Source: Acanthaster planci | Lineage: Eukaryota | DNA: 62,000 nucleotides | Reading direction: 5' to 3' | Assembly: GCF_001949145.1 (NCBI RefSeq) | Contig: NW_019091400.1 | Location: 930,001-992,000 of the forward strand | Part shown: positions 39,809 through 49,242 of the stretch, one piece after another | Layout: each line of letters opens with the position of its first letter | Position numbering within the stretch: the stretch's first letter is position 1 | Translations under genes and position numbers: made by a program | The notes under the pieces: generated by a model | Told to the model about the DNA's origin: nothing | The model's input: the letters and a program-made list of their open reading frames with translations, nothing else | Databases searched by the model: none

Positions 39809-41297
39809 TGACAGAAATCCCACCCGAATAAAATGAGAAAAATTTTAGTCAAAGCCGAAAAATCAGAACCATGTCAACTCAAGTATTTATCGTTTCAGAC
39901 GACCACGAGCGCCTAAATGCCGACAACTGCGATCCCAATGTTACCTGTGGCCCCTTTAACCCGAGTAAATTAATCATTTCAAACCCCGTGATTAAAGAAG
40001 GGATCTACACTTCACCCANNNNNNNNNNNNNNNNNNNNNNNNNNNNNNNNNNNNNNNNNNNNNNNNNNNNNNNNNNNNNNNNNNNNNNNNNNNNNNNNNN
40101 NNNNNNNNNNNNNNNNNNNNNNNNNNNNNNNNNNNNNNNNNNNNNNNNNNNNNNNNNNNNNNNNNNNNNNNNNNNNNNNNNNNNNNNNNNNNNNNNNNNN
40201 NNNNNNNNNNNNNNNNNNNNNNNNNNNNNNNNNNNNNNNNNNNNNNNNNNNNNNNNNNNNNNNNNNNNNNNNNNNNNNNNNNNNNNNNNNNNNNNNNNNN
40301 NNNNNNNNNNNNNNNNNNNNNNNNNNNNNNNNNNNNNNNNNNNNNNNNNNNNNNNNNNNNNNNNNNNNNNNNNNNNNNNNNNNNNNNNNNNNNNNNNNNN
40401 NNNNNNNNNNNNNNNNNNNNNNNNNNNNNNNNNNNNNNNNNNNNNNNNNNNNNNNNNNNNNNNNNNNNNNNNNNNNNNNNNNNNNNNNNNNNNNNNNNNN
40501 NNNNNNNNNNNNNNNNNNNNNNNNNNNNNNNNNNNNNNNNNNNNNNNNNNNNNNNNNNNNNNNNNNNNNNNNNNNNNNNNNNNNNNNNNNNNNNNNNNNN
40601 NNNNNNNNNNNNNNNNNNNNNNNNNNNNNNNNNNNNNNNNNNNNNNNNNNNNNNNNNNNNNNNNNNNNNNNNNNNNNNNNNNNNNNNNNNNNNNNNNNNN
40701 NNNNNNNNNNNNNNNNNNNNNNNNNNNNNNNNNNNNNNNNNNNNNNNNNNNNNNNNNNNNNNNNNNNNNNNNNNNNNNNNNNNNNNNNNNNNNNNNNNNN
40801 NNNNNNNNNNNNNNNNNNNNNNNNNNNNNNNNNNNNNNNNNNNNNNNNNNNNNNNNNNNNNNNNNNNNNNNNNNNNNNNNNNNNNNNNNNNNNNNNNNNN
40901 NNNNNNNNNNNNNNNNNNNNNNNNNNNNNNNNNNNNNNNNNNNNNNNNNNNNNNNNNNNNNNNNNNNNNNNNNNNNNNNNNNNNNNNNNNNNNNNNNNNN
41001 NNNNNNNNNNNNNNNNNNNNNNNNNNNNNNNNNNNNNNNNNNNNNNNNNNNNNNNNNNNNNNNNNNNNNNNNNNNNNNNNNNNNNNNNNNNNNNNNNNNN
41101 NNNNNNNNNNNNNNNNNNNNNNNNNNNNNNNNNNNNNNNNNNNNNNNNNNNNNNNNNNNNNNNNNNNNNNNNNNNNNNNNNNNNNNNNNNNNNNNNNNNN
41201 NNNNNNNNNNNNNNNNNNNNNNNNNNNNNNNNNNNNNNNNNNNNNNNNNNNNNNNNNNNNNNNNNNNNNNNNNNNNNNNNNNNNNNNNNNNNNNNNN

Positions 41298-41957
41298 ACT
41301 AACGTATGCCCAGATTTGACTTTAAACTCGACTGAACAAGCGGAAACAAAGGTTTACAGGCTCAGATAGATCGAAGAAATTAAATCTCAAATCCAAAGAG
41401 AACGCGACGCGAGGGAAAATAGTTACAAAAAGATCAAACGACTTTTAACGGCGCTCGGGTACGTGGAATATGGAGTAGAAGCACTGGGCGCCACATCGGC
41501 AGCCGTAGGCATTCCCGCCATTTTGGGCGTCGTTACCGGTCCCATTGGACTTGTGATGGAAGGAATCGCTATCGGTGCGTTTGGCGCTTACGCGATTCTA
41601 AAGTACGCCTCCCGTAGACTCACCCACAAAGCTAAAAAACACGATCAAATTCGAATGTTGGCAGACGCTAAATTAAATACAATTGAGGAATACGTATCTC
41701 ACGCGATTGAAGACGGTGACATATCCCATGAAGAATTTGTCCTGAAAAAGAAAAAAAAGTTGAAAAAGCTGAAAAAGTTTAACGAGATGAAAGAAAAGAT
41801 CAGATCGCGTACGTCTACAAAATTGGAGGCGAGCAAAGCGAGCAGCGAGCGAAGCGAGCAAGAATTTGAACGTCAAGTCAACGAAAGAGCAGAAGCGCTA
41901 GCCAACGAACGGGCAACGGTTTTAAAAAAAGATCTTATGAAAAAACTTGGCGAATAA
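41298..41957 (+). pseudogene. GasderminX-like Polinton membrane protein, left copy (premature stop; 5' end in gap)
   Basis: Colinear with 48162-48827. TAG at 41367-41369 replaces the K of RLRKIEE, and an A-rich tract replaces ILSE. Confidence 0.8.
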
Positions 41958-42094
41958 GTTTTACAAAGTCGGTTAAGTACGAACGAAGTGAGAACGACCG
42001 GAGGGAGTACGAAGAGAATCCACCCACTTATCGAGAAGCGACTATCCCAACGGCACCTGTAAAAGACTGGTTTTTTAAAATTCTTTTGAAATAA

Positions 42095-43730
42095 ATGGGA
42101 GGCNNNNNNNNNNNNNNNNNNNNNNNNNNNNNNNNNNNNNNNNNNNNNNNNNNNNNNNNNNNNNNNNNNNNNNNNNNNNNNNNNNNNNNNNNNNNNNNNN
42201 NNNNNNNNNNNNNNNNNNNNNNNNNNNNNNNNNNNNNNNNNNNNNNNNNNNNNNNNNNNNNNNNNNNNNNNNNNNNNNNNNNNNNNNNNNNNNNNNNNNN
42301 NNNNNNNNNNNNNNNNNNNNNNNNNNNNNNNNNNNNNNNNNNNNNNNNNNNNNNNNNNNNNNNNNNNNNNNNNNNNNNNNNNNNNNNNNNNNNNNNNNNN
42401 NNNNNNNNNNNNNNNNNNNNNNNNNNNNNNNNNNNNNNNNNNNNNNNNNNNNNNNNNNNNNNNNNNNNNNNNNNNNNNNNNNNNNNNNNNNNNNNNNNNN
42501 NNNNNNNNNNNNNNNNNNNNNNNNNNNNNNNNNNNNNNNNNNNNNNNNNNNNNNNNNNNNNNNNNNNNNNNNNNNNNNNNNNNNNNNNNNNNNNNNNNNN
42601 NNNNNNNNNNNNNNNNNNNNNNNNNNNNNNNNNNNNNNNNNNNNNNNNNNNNNNNNNNNNNNNNNNNNNNNNNNNNNNNNNNNNNNNNNNNNNNNNNNNN
42701 AAATTACCGAAAGTAACTACGGATGAAGCGGTAAAAAGGTGGTCTAACGAGGCGATATCGTTTTACCAAAATCAATTTAATTTTGCGGTCTATTGCGCGA
42801 CGACGGCCTGCGGTGTGGGCTTTGATCTGCTGTCCGACTCTAATCCATACGGCTCGGCTTTATTTAACTTTCACGTGTATTACACCGTGCGAAAAATATT
42901 TTACGACTGCGTGATGCCCATTCCGAGCAACGACGTATTTGACGCGTTACACAATAATTACGACCATCGGAAGTTTACGGACACGTGTCTTTTATACGGC
43001 ACCGCTTATTATTACGACAATGGATATATACCTGTTCCGGGTAAAAACTACGACGCGCACGCTTACACGTGACCAACGGTAAATACGCGGGATCTACTTA
43101 CATGGGATTTGGTTGGGGGAGTTCCGGTCACGCGAGTACATACCCGGTTACCTGGATTTCACAGTCGGACGCGGTTACTTTGGCCTGGTGGGATTTTGTT
43201 CCTAAAAAGTCTCGGTTGACGGACGTGGGAATCACCAAGGTAAACGAATCAATTCGAGCTTACGTCTACGCGTTACTCGGGGCACAGGCGCAGACCAAGA
43301 CCAGCGTTTTGGCCACCGGCACCGGTTTAGACGCGCAACGGCAATTTATTACGATTGTAGAATCTTTAATTAATTCGGGTCCCGATCTCGAACAGTCGAT
43401 TGACCAATATCAAGATTCGCTACAGTACGCAAAAACACCTTTAAACTTCGTAGTCGCCCCGGGTTTGTACCTGGTACCCTCGGACATGGACTTACGCATC
43501 GGTACGTTTGAGGGATATAACAATAATTTACAAGTCGCGACTGCAGATATGAAGACTGGATACGTACCGAGTTTGAATAACGGAACGAGTTTAAAAGGTG
43601 ATTTTAATGAAGAAGCGATCAAACCAGAACCGGCAGTGTTACCGAGGAAGCAACCAGAACCAATTCATTAACCGTTGGAGCCGTTGCAGTGGGTGTCGTA
43701 GGGTTTATATTGTATAAAATTTTAACTTAA
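42095..43730 (+). pseudogene. Polinton-type protein starting MGG with a C-terminal TM anchor, left copy (gap; frameshifts near 43062 and 43660)
   Basis: FYQNQFNFAVYCATTACG, FHVYY, NESIRAYVYALLGAQAQT, GLYLVPSDM..GYNN. A 1-bp deletion relative to the right copy (GACTTA to GCTTA). TM tail SLTVGAVAVGVVGFILYKILT* lies in a shifted frame ending at 43730. Confidence 0.75.
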
Positions 43731-43804
43731 ACGTTTTGAATTAGAGCAAAAGAGAATATTCCCTCCTAAATCTAGGAAGGAATATTTTTTCTTTTTGGTC
43801 CTTT

Positions 43805-45090
43805 TTACCCATTCTTTTGCACGTATGTCAAAAGCAGAACACCCGCGCCCACGAACAAGGTCCACACGTGTTCCGCCACCCATCCGACAGCTTTACTCGC
43901 CATGTTAAAAATCCAACTCAAAATGCTACCGATGATCCCAGGCAAAGCTCCTAAGGCGCTTACCCCTAGTTTCTTCAATACGTTTGCCAGGTTTCACAGT
44001 TGACGTTTGATCCAATCGGTAATTCCACCTTTGGAAGGAGGAGCCGGCGTTGGTTCAGGTGTTGGTTTAGGCGTTGGTTTAGGAGTTCCAACAGCTCTGA
44101 CGCTGGCCACTATACTACTAACGACGGTGCTCACAGCTAAACTAAAAGCCGTTAAGATGCTTACGATTGTGACGCCTTGTTCTCTAAATATCGTTCGAAT
44201 CTTCTCGCGTAGTGTCAAATCCGAATTCATGATCTTTTCGATCGTTTCCTTGCTCGATTAATTTGGCTCCTCAATTTATCGGCGTTTCTATTGATGACTT
44301 CTAATCTACCCCGTCTTTCGACTCGTAAGTCGTCCAATTGCCGTTGAAGTTCTGTACGTTCTTCTTCGGACGTTGCTTCTTCTAACTCGGCTTCAAACTG
44401 TTGAATTTTTGCGTCTAACTTATCTAATTTACCTTGATTTAAAATTAATTCTCCTTTTAACGTTTGTAACGATTTATCTAAAGCGGTCAACTCGCGGTAA
44501 TTTAACCCTTCTGTTTGGACTTCTACGTCACGAGTGAGGTCTTCTACAATGTTGCTCGCTAGATCTGCTGCGGCGGGTAGTTCTACCAATTTTATGCCTG
44601 TGGGATGAAGTTCTGCGAGTTTACGTTGCACCTGAGCAGCTTCTTCTTTTGTTTTGCCAGAAACGTAGTCTTGTAAGCCTAAAACGCGCCTTATGAAATC
44701 GGTGTTTGTTTTTTGTTTAATGGTACTTAATTTAAGAAAAACTTTGTTATTGTTTCCCTTGGTTAAAAGAACTTTTTTGCCATCAAACTTTATGTACAGG
44801 CGATCTTGACTATCTATATTAAAAATATTTGGGTCTTTAATTAACGGTACGTACCCAGTATTACGTTCAATCGCGTCGTAAAAGTCGTTTACCTTATCTT
44901 CAACTAACTCCCGCCGTAGAGCTCTTAAGGGCGATATCTCCAATTCTGGATCGATAAACGTCGTACCCACTTTTGTTTCGGTTAATGAAGTCGTGGCGTC
45001 ATTGTCATCCCACGTGGGCTCTTCTTGTTCATCTTCTTCTGGGACGTTGTTTAAGTTTAGATCGTCTAGTTCAAATCTTCCTTCTGCCAT
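43805..45090 (-). pseudogene. Coiled-coil and multi-hydrophobic-helix Polinton-type protein (frameshift ~44250, nonsense codon 43994-43996)
   Basis: MAEG start, long heptad region, then LREKIRTIFREQGVTIVSILTA, Pro-rich linker, GGITDWIKRQL*NLANVLKKLG..ALPGIIGSILSW..GWVAEHVWTLFVGAGVLLL. Reconstructed across three track fragments. Confidence 0.75.
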
Positions 45091-45119
45091 TTCTTTTATA
45101 GTATACGTTTTATATTTTT

Positions 45120-45368
45120 TTAAGGGGTGGGTATGCTCGCGGGCAGGATACCCTGCGCCACCAACCAACCTTGGGTGGCCAATGCACCGCTGGACAACAC
45201 CGTCCATTTTAACGCGTCTTCGGCGGACAACCTATTTAGATCTGGTGGTTTTATTTTAAATAGCTTGCTCGATAGCATAGCGTAACCTAGGGAGATTCCC
45301 GAGACGACGGCACCGTGATAAACAGTATTGGCGATTCTGTTTACGTCGATTGATTTAGCGTTACTCAT
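45120..45368 (-). CDS. 82-aa hydrophobic protein of the viral element
   Basis: Intact ORF packed between neighbours, two hydrophobic stretches, TATAAAT directly before the ATG. Confidence 0.7.
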   Translation of the reverse strand: MSNAKSIDVNRIANTVYHGAVVSGISLGYAMLSSKLFKIKPPDLNRLSAEDALKWTVLSSGALATQGWLVAQGILPASIPTP

Positions 45369-45393
45369 ATTTATATATAAAGAACTTTTAAAT

Positions 45394-45825
45394 TTATTCC
45401 ATGTCCAAAATTGGTTCTTGGTTTGGTTTGCTCAGTTCTTCTTTTGGTTTACTCACTTCTCGTTTTGGTTGAATAATTTGTTGAGAAGTAGAACACTTAT
45501 TTTTCCAAATTAAATAGAGAACAACCCCAGTGATACCCAATCCGCCTAGTATAAAGCTTCTGTTCTCTGTAACCGTTTGATAGATCTTATTTTGATTGCT
45601 CTCTTTGTTACTCTCTTCGCCCGCTTCTCCCGTTAGTTTCATCTTGGCTAATTGTTGCTTTATCTTCTTGTTATGCTCAGCCAATTTTTTACCTTGTTCT
45701 ACACGCTTCGGATTTTTAACGTTTACTTTACTTTTAGTTACCGTCTGAGGTCTCGCTTCTGTTGGGTTCGCTTCGTTGTTGTTCTGTTGCTGATTCGTTT
45801 GATTTACTTCCGTTTCTGTTGACAT
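45394..45825 (-). CDS. 143-aa protein with basic KNPKRVEQGKKLAEHNKK motif and a single TM helix
   Basis: Intact ORF. TM segment FILGGLGITGVVLYLIW. Confidence 0.72.
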   Translation of the reverse strand: MSTETEVNQTNQQQNNNEANPTEARPQTVTKSKVNVKNPKRVEQGKKLAEHNKKIKQQLAKMKLTGEAGEESNKESNQNKIYQTVTENRSFILGGLGITGVVLYLIWKNKCSTSQQIIQPKREVSKPKEELSKPNQEPILDME

Positions 45826-46309
45826 CCTCTTTTATAATAAGAGAACTTTTGTTGAATTCTAGATGCTTAGTGGTAATCAACGCAGCTGTAAGCGGAGATA
45901 GGTAAACTCCGTACTTGTAACAAACTTCAGTGAGTAGGTGACCCATAGTTTGGTTTATAATCGGGTCGTCGTTTAAATCTTTAGTAAGCGCTTCTTCGGA
46001 CTTTAAGTTGACGTTAAACCCGAGTAGATCAATCGGAGTAGCTATTCCTAGCAAGCGAGAGTAGAGGCTCAAAATCGAGTAACCAAGGGTTCTAACAATC
46101 TCTTTGCCAAATTTAACTTCGTATAGGTTAAAAAGCTTTTCTTGTTCTTTGGGTGACATAGCTTCAATTTCTTTGATCGTGTATTCTTTGCCGAGATATT
46201 TTTTGCTTTCACCTGACGCGACTATTGCCAAGAGGCGGTCTTTTACGTTTGGTTGGTGCTCAGTTGATTCGCTTTTTGATTCGGTGAGTATACTTTTGAT
46301 ATCGTCCAT
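45734..46309 (-). CDS. 191-aa protein of the viral element (SKKYLGKEYT...DLNDDP...YGVYLSPL)
   Basis: Intact ORF overlapping the next gene. TATAATTAAATG start context. Confidence 0.72.
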   Translation of the reverse strand: MDDIKSILTESKSESTEHQPNVKDRLLAIVASGESKKYLGKEYTIKEIEAMSPKEQEKLFNLYEVKFGKEIVRTLGYSILSLYSRLLGIATPIDLLGFNVNLKSEEALTKDLNDDPIINQTMGHLLTEVCYKYGVYLSPLTAALITTKHLEFNKSSLIIKEDVNRNGSKSNESATEQQRSEPNRSETSDGN

Positions 46310-46437
46310 TTAATTATATGATTTTTAAATTTGCTGTAGGTGTGCTTTAGTCGTAGGTATTCAACCGTGTAGTAACTTAAATTAGCTGCAATAACTAATT
46401 GAATAATAAGCTGAACGTATTCTAACAGAGCTGTCAT
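46243..46437 (-). CDS. 64-aa protein with an N-terminal hydrophobic helix
   Basis: Same TATAATTAAATG start context as its neighbour. Short. Confidence 0.5.
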   Translation of the reverse strand: MTALLEYVQLIIQLVIAANLSYYTVEYLRLKHTYSKFKNHIIKWTISKVYSPNQKANQLSTNQT

Positions 46438-46539
46438 TTAATTATAACAAAAATAAATTTAGTTACAACCGAGCTGACATAGCCCGATTGTAACAAAGGA
46501 TAAGCAAATAAAATTAGTTTATAGGTAGTTATCATTTAC

Positions 46540-46950
46540 TTATAAGTCAGTTGACTCAACTACCTGGTCGCACTTGCGCATTAAATTACACTTCCTACAA
46601 GCTAAAACGCAGTTAGACTTAATGCGACCAATTTCGGTATCTAGCCGCTCGATTGTACATAAATCGTCTTTGTTTTCTAAAAACTGTAATTGAACTTTAC
46701 AGTCGTTATAATAGCAAATAGGGTAGACCTCAATCAGCCCGCAGCAAAAGTCCGTATCAATAAACCGGTCTGGATCAAATCGATCATACATTTTATCTGA
46801 TTGGCGGCAATGGCTAATCCATCTTTTAATCGTTATATTGATTGGGTCAGAGCAAATCTTACAATAATATCTTTCTTTTTTATGTTCGCATAAACCGTTT
46901 CCACCACAATCAACACAACGAAATTTTAGTCTTCCATGCTCGCAAATTGA
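46540..46950 (-). pseudogene. 5'-truncated zinc-finger (CEH repeat) / HNH-like endonuclease, fused in frame to the right-arm MGG gene
   Basis: CEHGRLKFRCVDCGGNGLCEH repeats, CYYNDC and TIERLDTEIGRIKSNCVLACRKCN (HNH-like). Confidence 0.68.
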
Positions 46951-48031
46951 TTCGTTTACCTTGGTGATTCCCACGTCCGTCAACCGAGACTTTTTAGGAA
47001 CAAAATCCCACCAGGCCAAAGTAACCGCGTCCGACTGTGAAATCCAGGTAACCGTGTAACCAGAGCCTCCCCATCCAAATCCCATGTAAGTAGATCCCGC
47101 GTATTTGCCGTTGGTCACGTGTAAGTCGTGCGCGTCGTAGTTTTTACCCGGAACAGGTACGTATCCACTGTCGTAGTAGTAAGCTGTGCCTAATCCGTTT
47201 GACAAAGAGTCTCTTGTTTGTTTATACGATTTATTCGGGNNNNNNNNNNNNNNNNNNNNNNNNNNNNNNNNNNNNNNNNNNNNNNNNNNNNNNNNNNNNN
47301 NNNNNNNNNNNNNNNNNNNNNNNNNNNNNNNNNNNNNNNNNNNNNNNNNNNNNNNNNNNNNNNNNNNNNNNNNNNNNNNNNNNNNNNNNNNNNNNNNNNN
47401 NNNNNNNNNNNNNNNNNNNNNNNNNNNNNNNNNNNNNNNNNNNNNNNNNNNNNNNNNNNNNNNNNNNNNNNNNNNNNNNNNNNNNNNNNNNNNNNNNNNN
47501 NNNNNNNNNNNNNNNNNNNNNNNNNNNNNNNNNNNNNNNNNNNNNNNNNNNNNNNNNNNNNNNNNNNNNNNNNNNNNNNNNNNNNNNNNNNNNNNNNNNN
47601 NNNNNNNNNNNNNNNNNNNNNNNNNNNNNNNNNNNNNNNNNNNNNNNNNNNNNNNNNNNNNNNNNNNNNNNNNNNNNNNNNNNNNNNNNNNNNNNNNNNN
47701 NNNNNNNNNNNNNNNNNNNNNNNNNNNNNNNNNNNNNNNNNNNNNNNNNNNNNNNNNNNNNNNNNNNNNNNNNNNNNNNNNNNNNNNNNNNNNNNNNNNN
47801 NNNNNNNNNNNNNNNNNNNNNNNNNNNNNNNNNNNNNNNNNNNNNNNNNNNNNNNNNNNNNNNNNNNNNNNNNNNNNNNNNNNNNNNNNNNNNNNNNNNN
47901 NNNNNNNNNNNNNNNNNNNNNNNNNNNNNNNNNNNNGGTAATTTATACGCGTGCGTTAAATTTGGAAACTCGGCTGTGAAAGAATTGTCTACGTTTACTA
48001 AAATATTTAGACTACTAAAATTGCCTCCCAT
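46945..48031 (-). pseudogene. MGG protein, right copy, 3'-truncated at the arm junction (interior gap)
   Basis: Starts MGGNFSS. GTAYYYD...TKVNESI matches left-arm 42998-43254. Confidence 0.75.
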
Positions 48032-48161
48032 TTATTTTAAAAGAATTTTAAAGGAGGGGCCGTTGGACAGACCAAGTTTTGATAAGCGGGTGGTGATTCT
48101 GATAATTTTGAACACCTTAAACATTCTGGTTTCTCTTCATATTTAACCGACTTTGTAAAAC

Positions 48162-48827
48162 TTATTCGTCAAGTTTTTTCATAAGATCTTTTTTTAAAAC
48201 CGCCGCCCGTTCGTTGGCTAGCGCTTCTGCTCTTTCGTTGACTTGACGTTCAAATTCTTCTTTAGAAGTTTCTTTAGTTTCTTCCAATTTTGTAGACGTA
48301 CGTGATCTAATCTTTTCTTTCATCTCGTGAAACTTTTTCAGCTCGGATAAAATAAGGACAAATTCTTCCTGGGATATGTCACCGTCTTCAATCGCGTGAT
48401 ATACGTATTCCTCGATGGTGTTTAATTTAGCGTCTGCCAACATTCGAATTTGATCGTGTTTTTTAGTTTTGTGGGTGAGTCTACGAGAGGCGTACTTTAG
48501 AATCGCGTAAGCGCCAAACGCACCGATAGCGATTCCTTCCATCACAAGTCCAACGGGCCCGGTGATCACTCCCAAAATGGCGGGAATGCCTACGGCTGCC
48601 GATGTGGCGCCCAGTGCTTCTACTCCGTATTCTACGTATCCGAGCGCTGTTAAAAGTCGTTTGATCTTTTTGTAATTACTTTCCCTCGCGTCGCGTTCTC
48701 TTTGGATTTGAGATTTAATTTCTTCGATCTTCCTGAGTCTGTAAATGTTGGTTTCACTCGCTCCGCTCGCTTCAGCTGAGTTTAAAGTCAAATCAGGGTA
48801 AATTGATCGTTGTTTGTTAGTCGTCAT
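48162..48827 (-). CDS. GasderminX-like Polinton/adintovirus membrane protein (221 aa, intact)
   Basis: SIYPDL, coiled coil, Gly/Ala-rich hydrophobic hairpin, KKHDQIRMLADAKLNTI..AIEDGDISQEEF. The ORF is certain. The family name is from memory of Polinton/adintovirus proteins. Confidence 0.78.
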   Translation of the reverse strand: MTTNKQRSIYPDLTLNSAEASGASETNIYRLRKIEEIKSQIQRERDARESNYKKIKRLLTALGYVEYGVEALGATSAAVGIPAILGVITGPVGLVMEGIAIGAFGAYAILKYASRRLTHKTKKHDQIRMLADAKLNTIEEYVYHAIEDGDISQEEFVLILSELKKFHEMKEKIRSRTSTKLEETKETSKEEFERQVNERAEALANERAAVLKKDLMKKLDE

Positions 48828-48852
48828 CTTATTACCTTTATAATTATGCGTT

Positions 48853-49227
48853 TTATATTATATTTAACTCGATAAGTACTCCACTATTTTCGTTTTGTAC
48901 TAATTCCCCACTTTCCAATTTGATGTAAAAAGTTAACTCGTCTATATTTCTCCGTTGCAATTTCTTGGGTACATTAAAATCGCTACGAAAATATTGATAG
49001 GTTGAAATAACTTGTAACAAATCAAACGATTTCCCATTGTAAAAATTATAGTCAGCGTCCAATTGAGGGCAATAAATAAACGCGAGTTGATTCGATCCCA
49101 GTGTATAGCCACTTTCAAATAAAATGTTTTTTACCAAGATTACCTTATCACCATTTAAATTATCGATAGTGTTTTTCAATTTAAACGTTTGAGGATTTTG
49201 GCATAAGTAAAATGTATGTGTCTCCAT
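48853..49227 (-). CDS. 124-aa beta-rich protein, possibly a minimal minor-capsid (penton)-like jelly roll
   Basis: AFIYC...NGKSFDLLQVI...IDELTFYIKLESGELV..GVLIELNII follows the C-terminal pattern of Polinton minor capsids. Confidence 0.55.
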   Translation of the reverse strand: METHTFYLCQNPQTFKLKNTIDNLNGDKVILVKNILFESGYTLGSNQLAFIYCPQLDADYNFYNGKSFDLLQVISTYQYFRSDFNVPKKLQRRNIDELTFYIKLESGELVQNENSGVLIELNII

Positions 49228-49242
49228 TTTATTATATACGTT

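Noticed and set aside
44227..45207. Track start at 45207 for the coiled-coil ORF
   Set aside because: The first 39 codons overlap the 82-aa gene; MAEG at 45090 has the shared TATAA context.
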